Assembly: GCA_963801605.1 (NCBI GenBank)
Contig: CAWDFP010000006.1
Span: forward strand, 1,664,879 to 1,728,878
From: an uncultured candidate division Zixibacteria bacterium
GTDB taxonomy: Bacteria > Zixibacteria > MSB-5A5 > UBA10806
Direction: 5' to 3'
DNA: 64,000 nucleotides
In this document: one piece after another, positions 8,468 through 18,401 of the stretch
Position numbering within the stretch: the first letter of the stretch is position 1
Layout of the letters: every line of letters begins with the position of its first letter
Position numbers and translations under genes: made by a program
Notes under the pieces: model-generated
What the model saw: the letters and a program-made list of their open reading frames with translations, nothing else
What the model was told of the DNA's origin: nothing
Databases searched by the model: none

Positions 8468-9220
8468 CTATGCCCCTTTCTTGAACACATAAATCGCCCA
8501 CCCCAGCGTTTCTCGTCCCCACCTCAGATATGCTGTCTTACTCTCACGCACTCGCTTCAGCACGGTCTCCACATCCGGATCATCCCGATGATCACTCGCC
8601 CAGGTTTCCGCAGCAAACCACTGTAACCCTTCATATCTATCCCAGTCATCCTGGTTGCTTACGAGTGTGTAGACAGCCTCCAGTCCGTGTTCTCGCCCGG
8701 CCTCCGCATTCTGACAATGTGTTCCGAAGTCGTTCCGTTTCACTCCGATCGCTTCTAAATATTCTTTTTCCGGCTCATGCCGCCAGTACGGTTCTCCCAC
8801 AACGATCCAACTTTCCGGGGCTGCCATCTTCTGCAGCGCGTTCAACGTTCCTCGATACCCGCCATAAATCCAACTCGCACCGATGCAGGCTACCAGATCA
8901 AAGCTCTCTAAGGTCTCCGGGACATACTTGGCCCCGTCCATTTCCAAGAAATGGAGTTGGGCATCCGGAACACGTTCTTGATGCTTCTTGCGGACATCAG
9001 CAATGCAGTAGGGAGAGAAATCAATTCCTGTCCCTATAATTTGTCGGTGCCGTTCTGCAAGCCTGATCAGAAACTCGCCCTTTCCAGTGGCGATATCAAG
9101 CACGCGCGCTTTAGGTTTCAGAGGCAGAAGTGTGATAAGCTGTTCAAGTTTCTCAAGACTCAACGGATCGCAGATAATGTGCTCCCGATGCGTGATGTCA
9201 AAGAACTTCCACATGTCCAT
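8468..9220 (-). CDS. class I SAM-dependent methyltransferase
   Basis: 250-aa ORF with motif I VLDIATGKGEF and post-I/II spacing (IGTGIDFS, LEMDG...FDLVACIGA). Confidence 0.8.
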   Translation of the reverse strand: MDMWKFFDITHREHIICDPLSLEKLEQLITLLPLKPKARVLDIATGKGEFLIRLAERHRQIIGTGIDFSPYCIADVRKKHQERVPDAQLHFLEMDGAKYVPETLESFDLVACIGASWIYGGYRGTLNALQKMAAPESWIVVGEPYWRHEPEKEYLEAIGVKRNDFGTHCQNAEAGREHGLEAVYTLVSNQDDWDRYEGLQWFAAETWASDHRDDPDVETVLKRVRESKTAYLRWGRETLGWAIYVFKKGA

Positions 9221-9266
9221 GCGTATAACTCCTTCATCAATACCAGCCGAACCACGAGATTATATG

Positions 9267-9300
9267 GCTCAGGATGTCGGAAGCCTTTCATCCTGAGGCA
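9267..9300. repeat. REP-like palindromic hairpin, copy 2
   Basis: GGCTCAGGATG-TCGGAAGCCTTT-CATCCTGAGGC, same orientation as copy 1, on the other side of the methyltransferase gene. Confidence 0.7.
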
Positions 9301-9426
9301 TACAAAGCGAAAATTGCGTCAACTACGGGGAGTTGACGCCACGTGTTGATGTACCGTCAGGTTCGGGGACCTGACGCTTTTAAAAGACCGGGATCCACAG
9401 GGGACCCCGGCTACAAAAAGCTAAGC

Positions 9427-10674
9427 TTATCTCAGGCTTGGATACAGCGGAAACTTGTCGCACAGCGCGGAGACCTCTTTGCGAATGGCGGCGAGGTCGT
9501 CGTCGCTTTTCATACAGGCGATAGCGCTGGTGATCATTTTGGCGATCTGCTTCATCTCGTTCGGCCCCATGCCGCGCGTGGTCACCGCCGGCGTGCCGAT
9601 ACGAATACCCGATGTCACAAACGGCTTCTCGGGATCGAACGGCACCGTGTTCTTGTTGACCGTGATGCCGGCCTTCTCCAACGCCTTTTCGACATCCTTA
9701 CCGGTAATCCCTTTGCCGATGAAGGAGAGCAGCATCAGGTGAGTGTCGGTCCCGCCGGAAACTACATGGAAGCCGCCGTTGACGAACTCCTGCGCCATCG
9801 TCTTGGCGTTTTCCAGAATCCGCTGTTGATATTCCTTGAACTCGGGCTTTAGCGCTTCTTTGAACGCCACCGCTTTGGCGGCGATAACATGCATCAGCGG
9901 CCCGCCCTGAATGCCGGGCATGACTTCGCGATCGAGGTCCTTGGCGTACTTTTCTTTGCACAGCACCATGCCGCCACGCGGCCCGCGCAGGGTCTTGTGG
10001 GTGGTGGTGGTCACGAAATCGGCCATCGGAACAGGGGAGGGGTGCAGGCCGGTCGCCACCAGGCCGGCGATATGCGCGATATCAACCATCATATAAGCGC
10101 CGACGGCGTCGCAAATCTTGCGGAAGGCGTCGAAATCTAGCGTGCGCGGATAGGCCGAGGCGCCCGCGATGATCATCTTTGGTTTGACTTCCATAGCCTG
10201 CTTCATGAGCTCATCGTAATCGATCGTCTCGGTTCCCTCGGCGACCGAGTAGGGGACGATATTATAAAGCTTGCCGGAGAAGTTGATCGGGTGGCCGTGA
10301 GTCAGATGGCCGCCATGCGAGAGATTGAGCCCCATGACCGTATCGCCCGGTTTCAGGACTGTAAAATAGACAGCCATGTTGGCCTGCGAGCCGCTATGCG
10401 GTTGGACATTGGCATGTTCGCATCCGAACAGCTGCTTGGCGCGGTCGCGGGCGATATTCTCGGCCTGATCGACAAAGGTACAGCCGCCGTAGTAACGTTT
10501 GCCGGGATAACCCTCGGCATACTTGTTGGTCATCACCGATCCCAGCGCTTCGAGCACGGCCAGCGAGACGAAATTCTCGGAGGCAATCAATTCCAGCCCG
10601 TCATGCTGACGGCGCGCCTCGTTTATGATCGTTTGATAAATTTCGGGATCGCTTTTTTTGAGTTCGTCCATCAT
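9427..10674 (-). CDS. glyA: serine hydroxymethyltransferase
   Basis: 415-aa ORF with canonical GlyA sequence ([37 protein letters not shown]). Confidence 0.97.
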   Translation of the reverse strand: MMDELKKSDPEIYQTIINEARRQHDGLELIASENFVSLAVLEALGSVMTNKYAEGYPGKRYYGGCTFVDQAENIARDRAKQLFGCEHANVQPHSGSQANMAVYFTVLKPGDTVMGLNLSHGGHLTHGHPINFSGKLYNIVPYSVAEGTETIDYDELMKQAMEVKPKMIIAGASAYPRTLDFDAFRKICDAVGAYMMVDIAHIAGLVATGLHPSPVPMADFVTTTTHKTLRGPRGGMVLCKEKYAKDLDREVMPGIQGGPLMHVIAAKAVAFKEALKPEFKEYQQRILENAKTMAQEFVNGGFHVVSGGTDTHLMLLSFIGKGITGKDVEKALEKAGITVNKNTVPFDPEKPFVTSGIRIGTPAVTTRGMGPNEMKQIAKMITSAIACMKSDDDLAAIRKEVSALCDKFPLYPSLR

Positions 10675-11118
10675 TATCTTTCATCCTCATACTTTTTGAT
10701 TTTATCCAGACGTCTCTGGTGACGTCCCCCGTCGAACGGCGTCGCCAGGAAGGTATCGACTATCTCTCCCAGGCATTCGAACGGCGTATATTTCGCGGCC
10801 AATACCAGGATATTGGCGTCATTATGCGATCTCATCAGCTCAGCCATCTCCGGACTGAACGCCAATCCCGGCTCTGATTCCCTTGAACTTGTTGGCGGCA
10901 ATCGCCATGCCGTTGCCCGTCCAGCAGATCAGTATGCCGAAATCGGCGATTTTGGCATTCACCTCTTCGGCTACGGCCTGGGCGTATTCAGGGTAATCGG
11001 TGCTGACTTCCGAAAAGGAGCCGTGATCGTTGATCTCAAAGCCCCGATGGAAAAGCATCGCCTTCACAAGTTCTTTGTAGGCGTACCCCTTATGATCTGC
11101 GCCTAATGCGATTTTCAT
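10674..11118 (-). CDS. rpiB: ribose-5-phosphate isomerase B, reading frame broken once (possible assembly indel)
   Basis: Listed ORFs 10840..11118 ([18 protein letters not shown]...[20 protein letters not shown]) and 10674..10901 (...[23 protein letters not shown]...[13 protein letters not shown]) together form a complete RpiB. The frames rejoin if one G/C of the CCCGG at 10876-10880 is removed. Confidence 0.85.
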
Positions 11119-12044
11119 AACTTCTCATTCACGTAGGTTAGCCAGCCATACTTATTGGTTGGATCATCAAATATCGCAAAGAACGCTTTTTGCAGCTTCT
11201 TGGTGACCGGTCCGCATTTGCCCGCTCCAATCTGGATACCATCGATCTTGGCAATCGGCGTGATTTCCGCGGCCGAACCTGTGAAGAAAACTTCGTTGGC
11301 GATATATAGCGCCTCACGCGGAATCTGCTCCTCGATAACCTTTAGCCCCATCTCCTCGGATAGCTTGAGTATAGTATTGCGAGTGATGCCGGGCAGAATC
11401 GACGAGCCAAACGGCGGGGTGATGATAGCGCCATCACGTACAATGAAGATATTTTCGCCGGAGCCTTCGGAGACATGACCATAGATATCGAGAGCGATAC
11501 CCTCGACATAGCCATGGGCCCGCGCCTCGAGCCTGATAAGCTGGCTGTTCATGTAGTTGGCCGAAGCCTTTGCCATAGCCGGCATTGTATTGGGGGCAAT
11601 CCTCCGCCACGATGAGACGCCAACCTCGACACCCTTTTCGAGCGCTTCCGGTCCGAGATATTTGCCCCACGGCCAAACCGCAATTGCAACGTCGACCGGC
11701 ACCCCGGTGGGATCGACTCCAAGCTGCTCATACCCGCGATAAACCAGGGGACGGATATAGCAGGAATCCATTTTGTTAACTCTGATAAGATCTATAATAG
11801 CATTATTAATTTGATCTTTAGTAAAGGGCACTTCCATTCGATAAATCTTGCAGGAGTTGAACAGACGGTCGGTATGTTCCTGGAGACGGAATACCGCCGG
11901 ACCCTTGGGTGTAGCATAGCACCTGGCGCCCTCGAATAAACCTGATCCATAATGAATAACATGAGAAAGGATATGAATTTTAGCGTCATCCCAATTGATA
12001 AGCTTGCCGTTCATCCATATCTTGTCTGTCTTGGTAAAAGCCAT
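11115..12044 (-). CDS. ilvE: branched-chain amino acid aminotransferase
   Basis: 309-aa ORF with a class IV aminotransferase pattern (GSGLFEGARCY, YIRPLVYRG, EGSGENIF, GITRNTI). The stop overlaps the rpiB start. Confidence 0.93.
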   Translation of the reverse strand: MAFTKTDKIWMNGKLINWDDAKIHILSHVIHYGSGLFEGARCYATPKGPAVFRLQEHTDRLFNSCKIYRMEVPFTKDQINNAIIDLIRVNKMDSCYIRPLVYRGYEQLGVDPTGVPVDVAIAVWPWGKYLGPEALEKGVEVGVSSWRRIAPNTMPAMAKASANYMNSQLIRLEARAHGYVEGIALDIYGHVSEGSGENIFIVRDGAIITPPFGSSILPGITRNTILKLSEEMGLKVIEEQIPREALYIANEVFFTGSAAEITPIAKIDGIQIGAGKCGPVTKKLQKAFFAIFDDPTNKYGWLTYVNEKL

Positions 12045-12339
12045 ATTTCCTCCGATTATCGCCCCAAACCAAATTCAATTGACAAAGAGTGTGTAACAGA
12101 GCCTATTATATTAGTTAAGCATATAAAACACAACAGCATTTTGGGAATCGCGAGGTGGCGAAAAATTAGAGATTAAAACTTTTTAAATGAGAATTACGAA
12201 GATCTTAAAAAACGGTCTTTTATCGATGGAATTAGAAAAATTGAGGCTAATATTCAGGATTAGGCATTGATTGTAACACATAGGGGCGCATTATAATACG
12301 CCCCTTCAAATTGAATGGCAATCAGGTTGGCACAATTAA

Positions 12340-12681
12340 TCAGACAGTCGGTTTGCCGTAAGTGGCTTTTTTGTTTAGGTCAATTTGGACAATAAACCAA
12401 ACCGCGGGGGAGAAGACTATCCAGAGCAGGAAGAGAATCCACATATTGAGCGAATCCGAGCTTACTTTCTGGTAAATTTCGGAATATTTGTAGATTGAAT
12501 AGAAGTTTGCGAGAGGAATGAATAGCAGCACCGTCCAAAGCGCCGGGCTGGCTGATTGATCTTTGGCGAGATATTTCATTTCAGTCGATGTGACATAAAA
12601 CCAATAGATACCGTAAATGCCCAGCGTGATGATGAACAACCCTATCTGTCCCATCATATTTCGATATTTAACGCCTTCCAT
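12340..12681 (-). CDS. DUF4234-like small membrane protein
   Basis: 113-aa ORF with three hydrophobic helices and a GIYGIYWFY motif. Confidence 0.65.
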   Translation of the reverse strand: MEGVKYRNMMGQIGLFIITLGIYGIYWFYVTSTEMKYLAKDQSASPALWTVLLFIPLANFYSIYKYSEIYQKVSSDSLNMWILFLLWIVFSPAVWFIVQIDLNKKATYGKPTV

Positions 12682-12827
12682 CAGTTCCTCCTTAGCTCGG
12701 ATTAATCATTTTCATCAAAATCGATTCTATGAGCCACAGTATTGGTTTGCAAGCAGAAAATCAAAGGCTCGATTAGATATACCCGAATTGATAAGTATTA
12801 TTCAAACGAGGATTTTCTTGAAGTTCT

Positions 12828-12945
12828 GTCATCGCGAGTCCATATGGACGTGGCGATCTGAATCTATGCATGAAATTAATCTTGTTAGAAGCATTCAGAT
12901 TGCTTCGGTCTATTTCAATTGTGAAATAGCCCTCGCAATGACGAG
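12828..12945. repeat. inverted pair of a short structured intergenic element
   Basis: Copy 1 (12828-12864): GTCATCGCGAG-[GTCCATATGGAC]-GTGGCGATCTGAATC. Copy 2, inverted (12891-12945), reads GTCATTGCGAG-[hairpin CTATTTCA/TGAAATAG]-GAAGCAATCTGAATG. The flanking ATCGC/GCGAT versus ATTGC/GCAAT pairs covary. Confidence 0.6.
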
Positions 12946-13007
12946 GTAAGAGCGTTAATCAATACCCGTTTTGAAAAGTAATATTCAAATTAAGATTTCG
13001 GATTGTG

Positions 13008-14360
13008 TTAAGGCAAATAGCCAAAGACCAACAGCCGCGCTTCGTGCGCCAGGGGGGCATCTATGGCATAGATATAATTATTGGCAGCAACAATTTTTAT
13101 AATAGCCGCCGTCGTATTAAGCTCTGCGACAAGAGTGGGATTGGAAATATCCTCAATATTAAATATCTTGAGGCCGTAAACTCTGTTTGTCATGCTGGAG
13201 GTGTAAAGCAAATCGCCGTTGACGAATGGCGCGTAATAATTGCTGGCTGAATCCAGCGGGAAAGAATAAACCAGTTGAGGGTTAGAGGGAGACACCAGAG
13301 AGTAGACCTCTAGAGGCGAATAAATATATGAGACAAATAAAAATCGATAATCTGAATCGAATCCTTCGACATAAAACTCCTCCAGATTAATCGAATTTAT
13401 GAATTCAAAGGAAATATTGTCACGAATTTCAAACCAGCTGAGGCATTCCTGTTCAAAACCACATCCACCGATTGAATAAGCGTAATTGCCGCTGATTTCC
13501 AAAACTCCTGCGGAGTAATTGCTGGTATCAAGTGGAACTGGATTGGCCGGGTTGGAGATGTCGAGAGTGGTAATTCCCGCAGAACTTCCGAGGTATGCAT
13601 AGTTATCTCTCAGTATAATCGAATTAACCAATCCTGGGGCGTGGTAACCCGCTATACGAAATGGGCTCGACGGATTTGAAATATCAACGATTTCGAGGCC
13701 GTAAAGAGCCTCGGCCAGATATGCCACATTATTTCTTATCACAATTTGGCTGATGAGGGAATCACCATTGCCATATTGCGAAAGCAGGAATGGCCGCGCA
13801 GGGTCGGCTAAGTCATAAACGAAAAGAGGCGAGCCTGGCATGGCAGCAAAGACATAATTACCTGTGACAGCCAGCGAGAACCAATTATTCGGATTGGAGG
13901 GAATATCAACCGTGCCTAACAATTGAATTCCATTTACGCCTTTAGTCTTGAAACTCCATAGGGGGCTACTGGCGGTGTCGCCATGCACGTCACGAGCCCG
14001 CACCATCCAAAAATACGTGGTCTGATATTCCAGCCAGCCAGGACTGAATGACAGCTGCATTAAGCCGGAGTCAGCCAACGAGAGATCAGCAGGATGATCT
14101 CCGAAGAAGATATTAAACGTTAGACTGTCGCCGTCGGGATCAATGCATTGCCAGGACAGGATAACATTCGTCGCGATGTTTTGTGAATCATCGATGGGTG
14201 CCATGATCTGCGGTGTTTGAGGAGGATGATTAATGCTAACGGGAGACTTAGTGGGTTTCTCGGAACAGCCGAGGAAAGTTAAACCGACGCATATCATTAA
14301 TTGAGCGATCATTAATGGTAATTTGCCGTTGGAATGGCGGATGGTCGATTTGATTTTCAT
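13008..14360 (-). CDS. LVIVD-repeat lipoprotein with N-terminal Ig/FN3-like domain
   Basis: Signal with lipobox (LTFLGCSE), then repeats of the form GNYVFAAM...LFVYDLADPARP and NNVAYLAEALYGLEIVDISNPSSP. Confidence 0.8.
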   Translation of the reverse strand: MKIKSTIRHSNGKLPLMIAQLMICVGLTFLGCSEKPTKSPVSINHPPQTPQIMAPIDDSQNIATNVILSWQCIDPDGDSLTFNIFFGDHPADLSLADSGLMQLSFSPGWLEYQTTYFWMVRARDVHGDTASSPLWSFKTKGVNGIQLLGTVDIPSNPNNWFSLAVTGNYVFAAMPGSPLFVYDLADPARPFLLSQYGNGDSLISQIVIRNNVAYLAEALYGLEIVDISNPSSPFRIAGYHAPGLVNSIILRDNYAYLGSSAGITTLDISNPANPVPLDTSNYSAGVLEISGNYAYSIGGCGFEQECLSWFEIRDNISFEFINSINLEEFYVEGFDSDYRFLFVSYIYSPLEVYSLVSPSNPQLVYSFPLDSASNYYAPFVNGDLLYTSSMTNRVYGLKIFNIEDISNPTLVAELNTTAAIIKIVAANNYIYAIDAPLAHEARLLVFGYLP

Positions 14361-14565
14361 AAACCTCTTCCGAAAAAGTAATATTTGAATATTAAAGCTC
14401 TCTTCTAACTAATTGGAGCAGGGACGAATTATTAAATATACATAATTAGTGGGATAATATTCCCAGTATTTTTCAAATCATGCGGAAAACGATGACATAA
14501 AAAAACGCGAGTTAGTCGAAATTCGGATAAATAATAAGAATTATTTAAGGCGGGGTTTAAATAAA

Positions 14566-14589
14566 GTCAAGACCCTGAGGGGTCTTGAC
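14566..14589 (-). terminator. terminator hairpin downstream of the aspA-like gene
   Basis: GTCAAGACCC-TGAG-GGGTCTTGAC, a perfect 10-bp stem 45 nt after the stop at 14635. The trailing minus-strand sequence is only moderately T-rich. Confidence 0.5.
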
Positions 14590-14634
14590 CTACAATAGAC
14601 TAATATGTCTGTGTTTTAAATTAAGAGGGTAAAA

Positions 14635-16029
14635 TTATTTGTGAATCCCAGGTTCGGTCATGGCGGCCAGATTGAGCACCTCATCGAGCTTGTGCGGCTC
14701 GATTAGTTTTTCCTCAAGGAGAATTTCGCGTATGGTTTTGTTTTCGGCGTAAGAGCGCTTGACCACCTCGGCGGCTTTCATATATCCGATAATCGGATTC
14801 AGCGCCGTTACCACCACCGCTGACGATTCCGCATAATACCTGCACTTTTGTGGATCAGCGCTAAGGTCTTCGATGCAAAATCGTGAGAAGGAGTCTATGG
14901 AGTTGGTTAGTATTGTCAAGGAATCGGGAAGCTTGTATGCAATAAGCGGCATCATGACATTGAGCTCCAACTGCCCGGCCTGTGATGCCCAGAGAATCGC
15001 CTCATCATTTCCGAATACCGCAAAGCAAACCATGTTGAGCATCTCCGCCATAACCGGATTAACCTTACCAGGCATAATTGACGATCCTGGCTGCCGAGCG
15101 GGTAAGAGCAACTCAGCCAAACCGGTTTTTGGCCCGGATGCCATCAACCGAAAATCATTGGCAAGGCGCGACAGGTCCTGCGCCAGATTGCGCAATGCAG
15201 ACGACAGCTTCACAAACGGCGCCATCGATTGCATTGCCTCGAAATAGTTATGAGCCGGCTTAATATCGAATCCTGTTTGCCCGGCGAGAATTTTGGCGAC
15301 ATTAATACGATAATCAGGATGACAATTCAGTCCCGTTCCTACCGCCGAACCGCCAAGGCCTATTTCCATAAGCTCCAAACTGGCCCTCCGAAGCCATTCC
15401 AGATGCCGTAGAATGGTCTGAGCATATCCCGAAAACTCCTGCCCCAGACGAATCGGAACCGCGTCCTGTAAATGCGTTCGCCCTGATTTGATTATTGAAT
15501 CGAATTCCCCAGCTTTCGATGACAGCGCAATCCGAAGCACCTCAAGCTTAAATATAAGTTCTCTGTTTAACTTCAAGCTGGCTATACGGATAGCAGTTGG
15601 TATAAAATCGTTGGTCGATTGTGACATATTGACTGTATCGTTGGGATTAATCGGTTTGTATTCGCCGAGTTTGCCGCCCAGAATCTCGTTGGCACGGTTG
15701 GCGATTACCTCGTTGCAGTTCATATTATGCGATGTTCCGGCGCCTGCTTGAAAAATATCAACCACAAATTGGTCATGTAGTTTGCCTGCAATAATTTCGT
15801 CGCAGGCGGTGATGATTGCACCGGCCTGTTCGGACGGTATCAGCCCCAGATCGCGGTTGGTAATACAGGCGGCTTTCTTGATTTGTGCCGAGGCCCAGAT
15901 GAACGCCGGATGAGCCTTGATTCCCGATATTGGAAAGTTTTCAATCGCCCGTTGTGTTTGAGCTCCCCAGTAAGCCTCGCGCGGTACCTGAACCTCACCC
16001 AGAGAGTCTTTTTCGATACGATATTCCAT
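14635..16029 (-). CDS. aspA: aspartate ammonia-lyase (class II fumarase/aspartase family)
   Basis: Start at MEYRIEKDSLGEVQVP (16029). GSSIMPGKVNPVMAEM signature, RAIENFPISG, LQDAVPIRLGQEF and AGQLELNVMMP are closer to AspA than FumC by eye. Confidence 0.8.
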   Translation of the reverse strand: MEYRIEKDSLGEVQVPREAYWGAQTQRAIENFPISGIKAHPAFIWASAQIKKAACITNRDLGLIPSEQAGAIITACDEIIAGKLHDQFVVDIFQAGAGTSHNMNCNEVIANRANEILGGKLGEYKPINPNDTVNMSQSTNDFIPTAIRIASLKLNRELIFKLEVLRIALSSKAGEFDSIIKSGRTHLQDAVPIRLGQEFSGYAQTILRHLEWLRRASLELMEIGLGGSAVGTGLNCHPDYRINVAKILAGQTGFDIKPAHNYFEAMQSMAPFVKLSSALRNLAQDLSRLANDFRLMASGPKTGLAELLLPARQPGSSIMPGKVNPVMAEMLNMVCFAVFGNDEAILWASQAGQLELNVMMPLIAYKLPDSLTILTNSIDSFSRFCIEDLSADPQKCRYYAESSAVVVTALNPIIGYMKAAEVVKRSYAENKTIREILLEEKLIEPHKLDEVLNLAAMTEPGIHK

Positions 16030-16325
16030 AACGCCTCCGATAAATACCAACCTAAAATCACACTACCAACCCTCGAACTATAATATCGGCCCCAAACGTT
16101 CCGGTATTATTATAGGGGTAGCGTTTCGATGGAGTCGATTCTTTTTCCGCGTCGTGTCCGCCACCGTACTACAGACTTCCCATCTTTTCCAATGATTTCC
16201 TAATCAGTTTAGCATATAATATCGTCATATCGTAGGTCAGGTCGCTTGCGTCCTGACTCTTTTAGCCAGTGATTTAGTAACCAAAGGAGGTTACTCTGCT
16301 CTCGCGTGACGATGCCCTGACCTGG

Positions 16326-16844
16326 GTGAAAAGCGAAATCCATGCGCCCAACCTTATCAAGCACATTCTGGCCGTGGAGGCCTCCTGCCGACGGTTAGCC
16401 GAGCATTTCGGCGAGGACCCCGAATTCTGGGGTATGGCCGGATTGCTTCATGATCTCGATTACGAACTGACAGTCAACGATCCCGCCAGGCATACCCGCC
16501 TGACCGCCGAATGGCTTCGCGAGAAACAGTTCGATGAGGGAATCATTCACGCGGTCATGGCCCATGCGGAAGCTGTCACGCCGGAATCGAAACTCGATTG
16601 GGCGATTTATTCTATCGATCCCACCACCGGGCTGATAGTGGCTGCCGCCCTGATGCATCCATCCAAAAAGCTTGCCAACCTCGATGTGCCTTTTATCATG
16701 AAACGATACAAGGAAAAACGTTTCGCCGCGGGCGCCCGTCGGGAGGCGATAGCCGCCTGCTCCAATCTCGGTCTTACGCTCGAGGAGTTCATGGGGCTGG
16801 TGCTTGAAGGTATGCAAAGGATCTCAAGTGAGCTTGGCCTCTAA
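16326..16844 (+). CDS. HD/HDIG domain phosphohydrolase
   Basis: LLHDLDYE metal-binding motif and a later HAVMAHAE. The frame is open upstream to 16281, and a CTG at 16296 sits 6 nt after AAGGAGG, so the true start may be non-canonical. Confidence 0.75.
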   Translation: MKSEIHAPNLIKHILAVEASCRRLAEHFGEDPEFWGMAGLLHDLDYELTVNDPARHTRLTAEWLREKQFDEGIIHAVMAHAEAVTPESKLDWAIYSIDPTTGLIVAAALMHPSKKLANLDVPFIMKRYKEKRFAAGARREAIAACSNLGLTLEEFMGLVLEGMQRISSELGL

Positions 16845-17169
16845 ATTAATCGCAATTGTAATAATTATTCTAATACTCGCGCCAATTTCGTTTGCCGGGG
16901 AGAAAGACCTCTGGTTTGCCCGCGATAAATACGAACATTTCGCCATATCGATGATTTACTCATCGGGAACAACTTTTATTGCGCATCGTCATTTTGAAAT
17001 GAGCAAATCCAAAGCGCCTGTAGTCGGATTTGGATTTACTATCGCGCTTGGCGCCGCCAAAGAAGTTGGCGATTATACATCGCGCAAAGGTACCCCCAGC
17101 GGTAAAGATTTCATCTGGGATATCGCAGGCGCTCTGGCTGGAGCGTTGGCGGTTGGCCTAAGTCAATGA
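16828..17169 (+). CDS. small membrane/periplasmic protein (DUF2279/YfiM-like?)
   Basis: GTG at 16828 gives VSLASKLIAIVIIILILAPISFAGEKD...DKYEHFAISM...GKDFIWDIAGALAGALAV. Family assignment is tentative. Confidence 0.45.
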   Translation: MSLASKLIAIVIIILILAPISFAGEKDLWFARDKYEHFAISMIYSSGTTFIAHRHFEMSKSKAPVVGFGFTIALGAAKEVGDYTSRKGTPSGKDFIWDIAGALAGALAVGLSQ

Positions 17170-18401
17170 CATATTCCAAAAGCAAAATATTTACCTGGTC
17201 GTTATACGATTTCGCCAACACCATCTTTTCAATGATGGTGGTGACTCTGAATTTCGGCCTGATGGTAAAAAACGTTTATCACGGCACCGAGCTGTCGCTG
17301 TCTCTTACAAGGTCAGCCTCGATGATCCTGGTCGCGTTGTCTATGCCGATTGCCGGAGTGATCGCCGATAAATTCATGCGGCGGATGCCGCTCACGATCT
17401 TTTTTACAATCCTCTGCTGTGCAACCACCATGATGATCGGCAAAAGCGATTCTCTGATGCTGCAGCTTGTTCTGTTCGGGATTGCCATGTACTGCTACCA
17501 GGCGGCTCTGGTTTTCTATGATGCTGTTCTACCGCAGATCAGCAGTCCGGAGAAAATGGGCCGGGTTTCCGGATACGGAGTGGCGCTGGGATATGTCGGA
17601 ACGATTTTCGCGCTTCTGGTGGTGGGATCGTTAGCCGGCCCGAGAGCTTATTCGAAAACATTCACCTTAACCGGAATTCTATTCTTCCTTTTCGCGATTC
17701 CGTTTTTCCTGACAGTCAAAGACGAGGCCGCCAAACCAATTAAGGGCCTCTGGAAAATGACGCTGGATTCAATCCGGAATATCAAGAATGTTTATATTGA
17801 CGCTAAGGATCGTCCGGGAATTTTGCGTTTTTTTATCGGACGATTTTTTGTGGTCGATGCGCTGGAAACGATCATCTTTTTTATGGCGATATTTCTTAAC
17901 GAAGCGGTCGGATTTACCGACAACAAAGCCGTATTCGGAAACTTAAGCGAGATATATTTATATTTATTCGTGGTTACGATTTTTACCGTTATCGGATCGC
18001 TAGTGTGGGGATTTATCACCGAAAAATTCGGACCGCGCAATTCTCTTCTTGGCACCGTTATTCTTTGGGTGATGACTCTGACATTGATGCTCTTTATTTC
18101 GAACAAGTCGATCTTTTATATCCTCGGTTCGCTGGCGGGTATCTCCCTTGGAGGAGTTTGGACCACGGAACGTCCCTTGCTGATAAATCTCGTAGGAGAT
18201 CATGAAAAGCTGGCCGGTTATTTTGGACTTTTCGCCTTGACTGGCAGAATGGCCGCGGTTATCGGACCAAATATCTGGAGCCTGACGTTGGTGATTTTCG
18301 GATCGCTGGGAATGATAAAATATCGCTTTGCGATAGGCTCGGTGCTTGTTATGATGGTCGTAGGTTTGTGGATATTACGAAAGGTACCCGATGCCCGATG
18401 A
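17166..18401 (+). CDS. MFS transporter (UMF1/Atg22-like family)
   Basis: 411-aa polytopic ORF beginning ...WSLYDFANTIFSMMVVTLNF, typical of UMF1-type MFS proteins. ATGA overlap with the upstream gene. Confidence 0.8.
   Translation: MTYSKSKIFTWSLYDFANTIFSMMVVTLNFGLMVKNVYHGTELSLSLTRSASMILVALSMPIAGVIADKFMRRMPLTIFFTILCCATTMMIGKSDSLMLQLVLFGIAMYCYQAALVFYDAVLPQISSPEKMGRVSGYGVALGYVGTIFALLVVGSLAGPRAYSKTFTLTGILFFLFAIPFFLTVKDEAAKPIKGLWKMTLDSIRNIKNVYIDAKDRPGILRFFIGRFFVVDALETIIFFMAIFLNEAVGFTDNKAVFGNLSEIYLYLFVVTIFTVIGSLVWGFITEKFGPRNSLLGTVILWVMTLTLMLFISNKSIFYILGSLAGISLGGVWTTERPLLINLVGDHEKLAGYFGLFALTGRMAAVIGPNIWSLTLVIFGSLGMIKYRFAIGSVLVMMVVGLWILRKVPDAR

Noticed and set aside
8530-9349. Plus-strand ORFs of 169, 132 and 69 aa over the methyltransferase gene
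   Set aside because: These are antisense shadow ORFs with Pro/Arg/Ser-rich, motif-free sequence. The minus-strand methyltransferase has clear SAM-binding motifs.
9343-10722. Several plus-strand ORFs (9343-9852, 9455-9742, 9889-10140, 10291-10722) and short minus-strand alternative-frame ORFs inside the glyA region
   Set aside because: They lie antisense to, or out of frame with, an unmistakable full-length glyA. Their Arg/Gly/His-rich composition is typical of shadow frames.
12617-12949. 110-aa plus-strand ORF in the 12.7-13.0 kb gap
   Set aside because: It spans the inverted repeat pair and has no RBS or coding-like composition. It is an artefact of the palindromic element.
16296-16325. 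Possible non-canonical CTG start for the HD-domain gene (AAGGAGG 6 nt upstream)
   Set aside because: It is plausible but cannot be distinguished from the GTG at 16326 without homolog alignment or proteomics. The conservative coordinate was kept.
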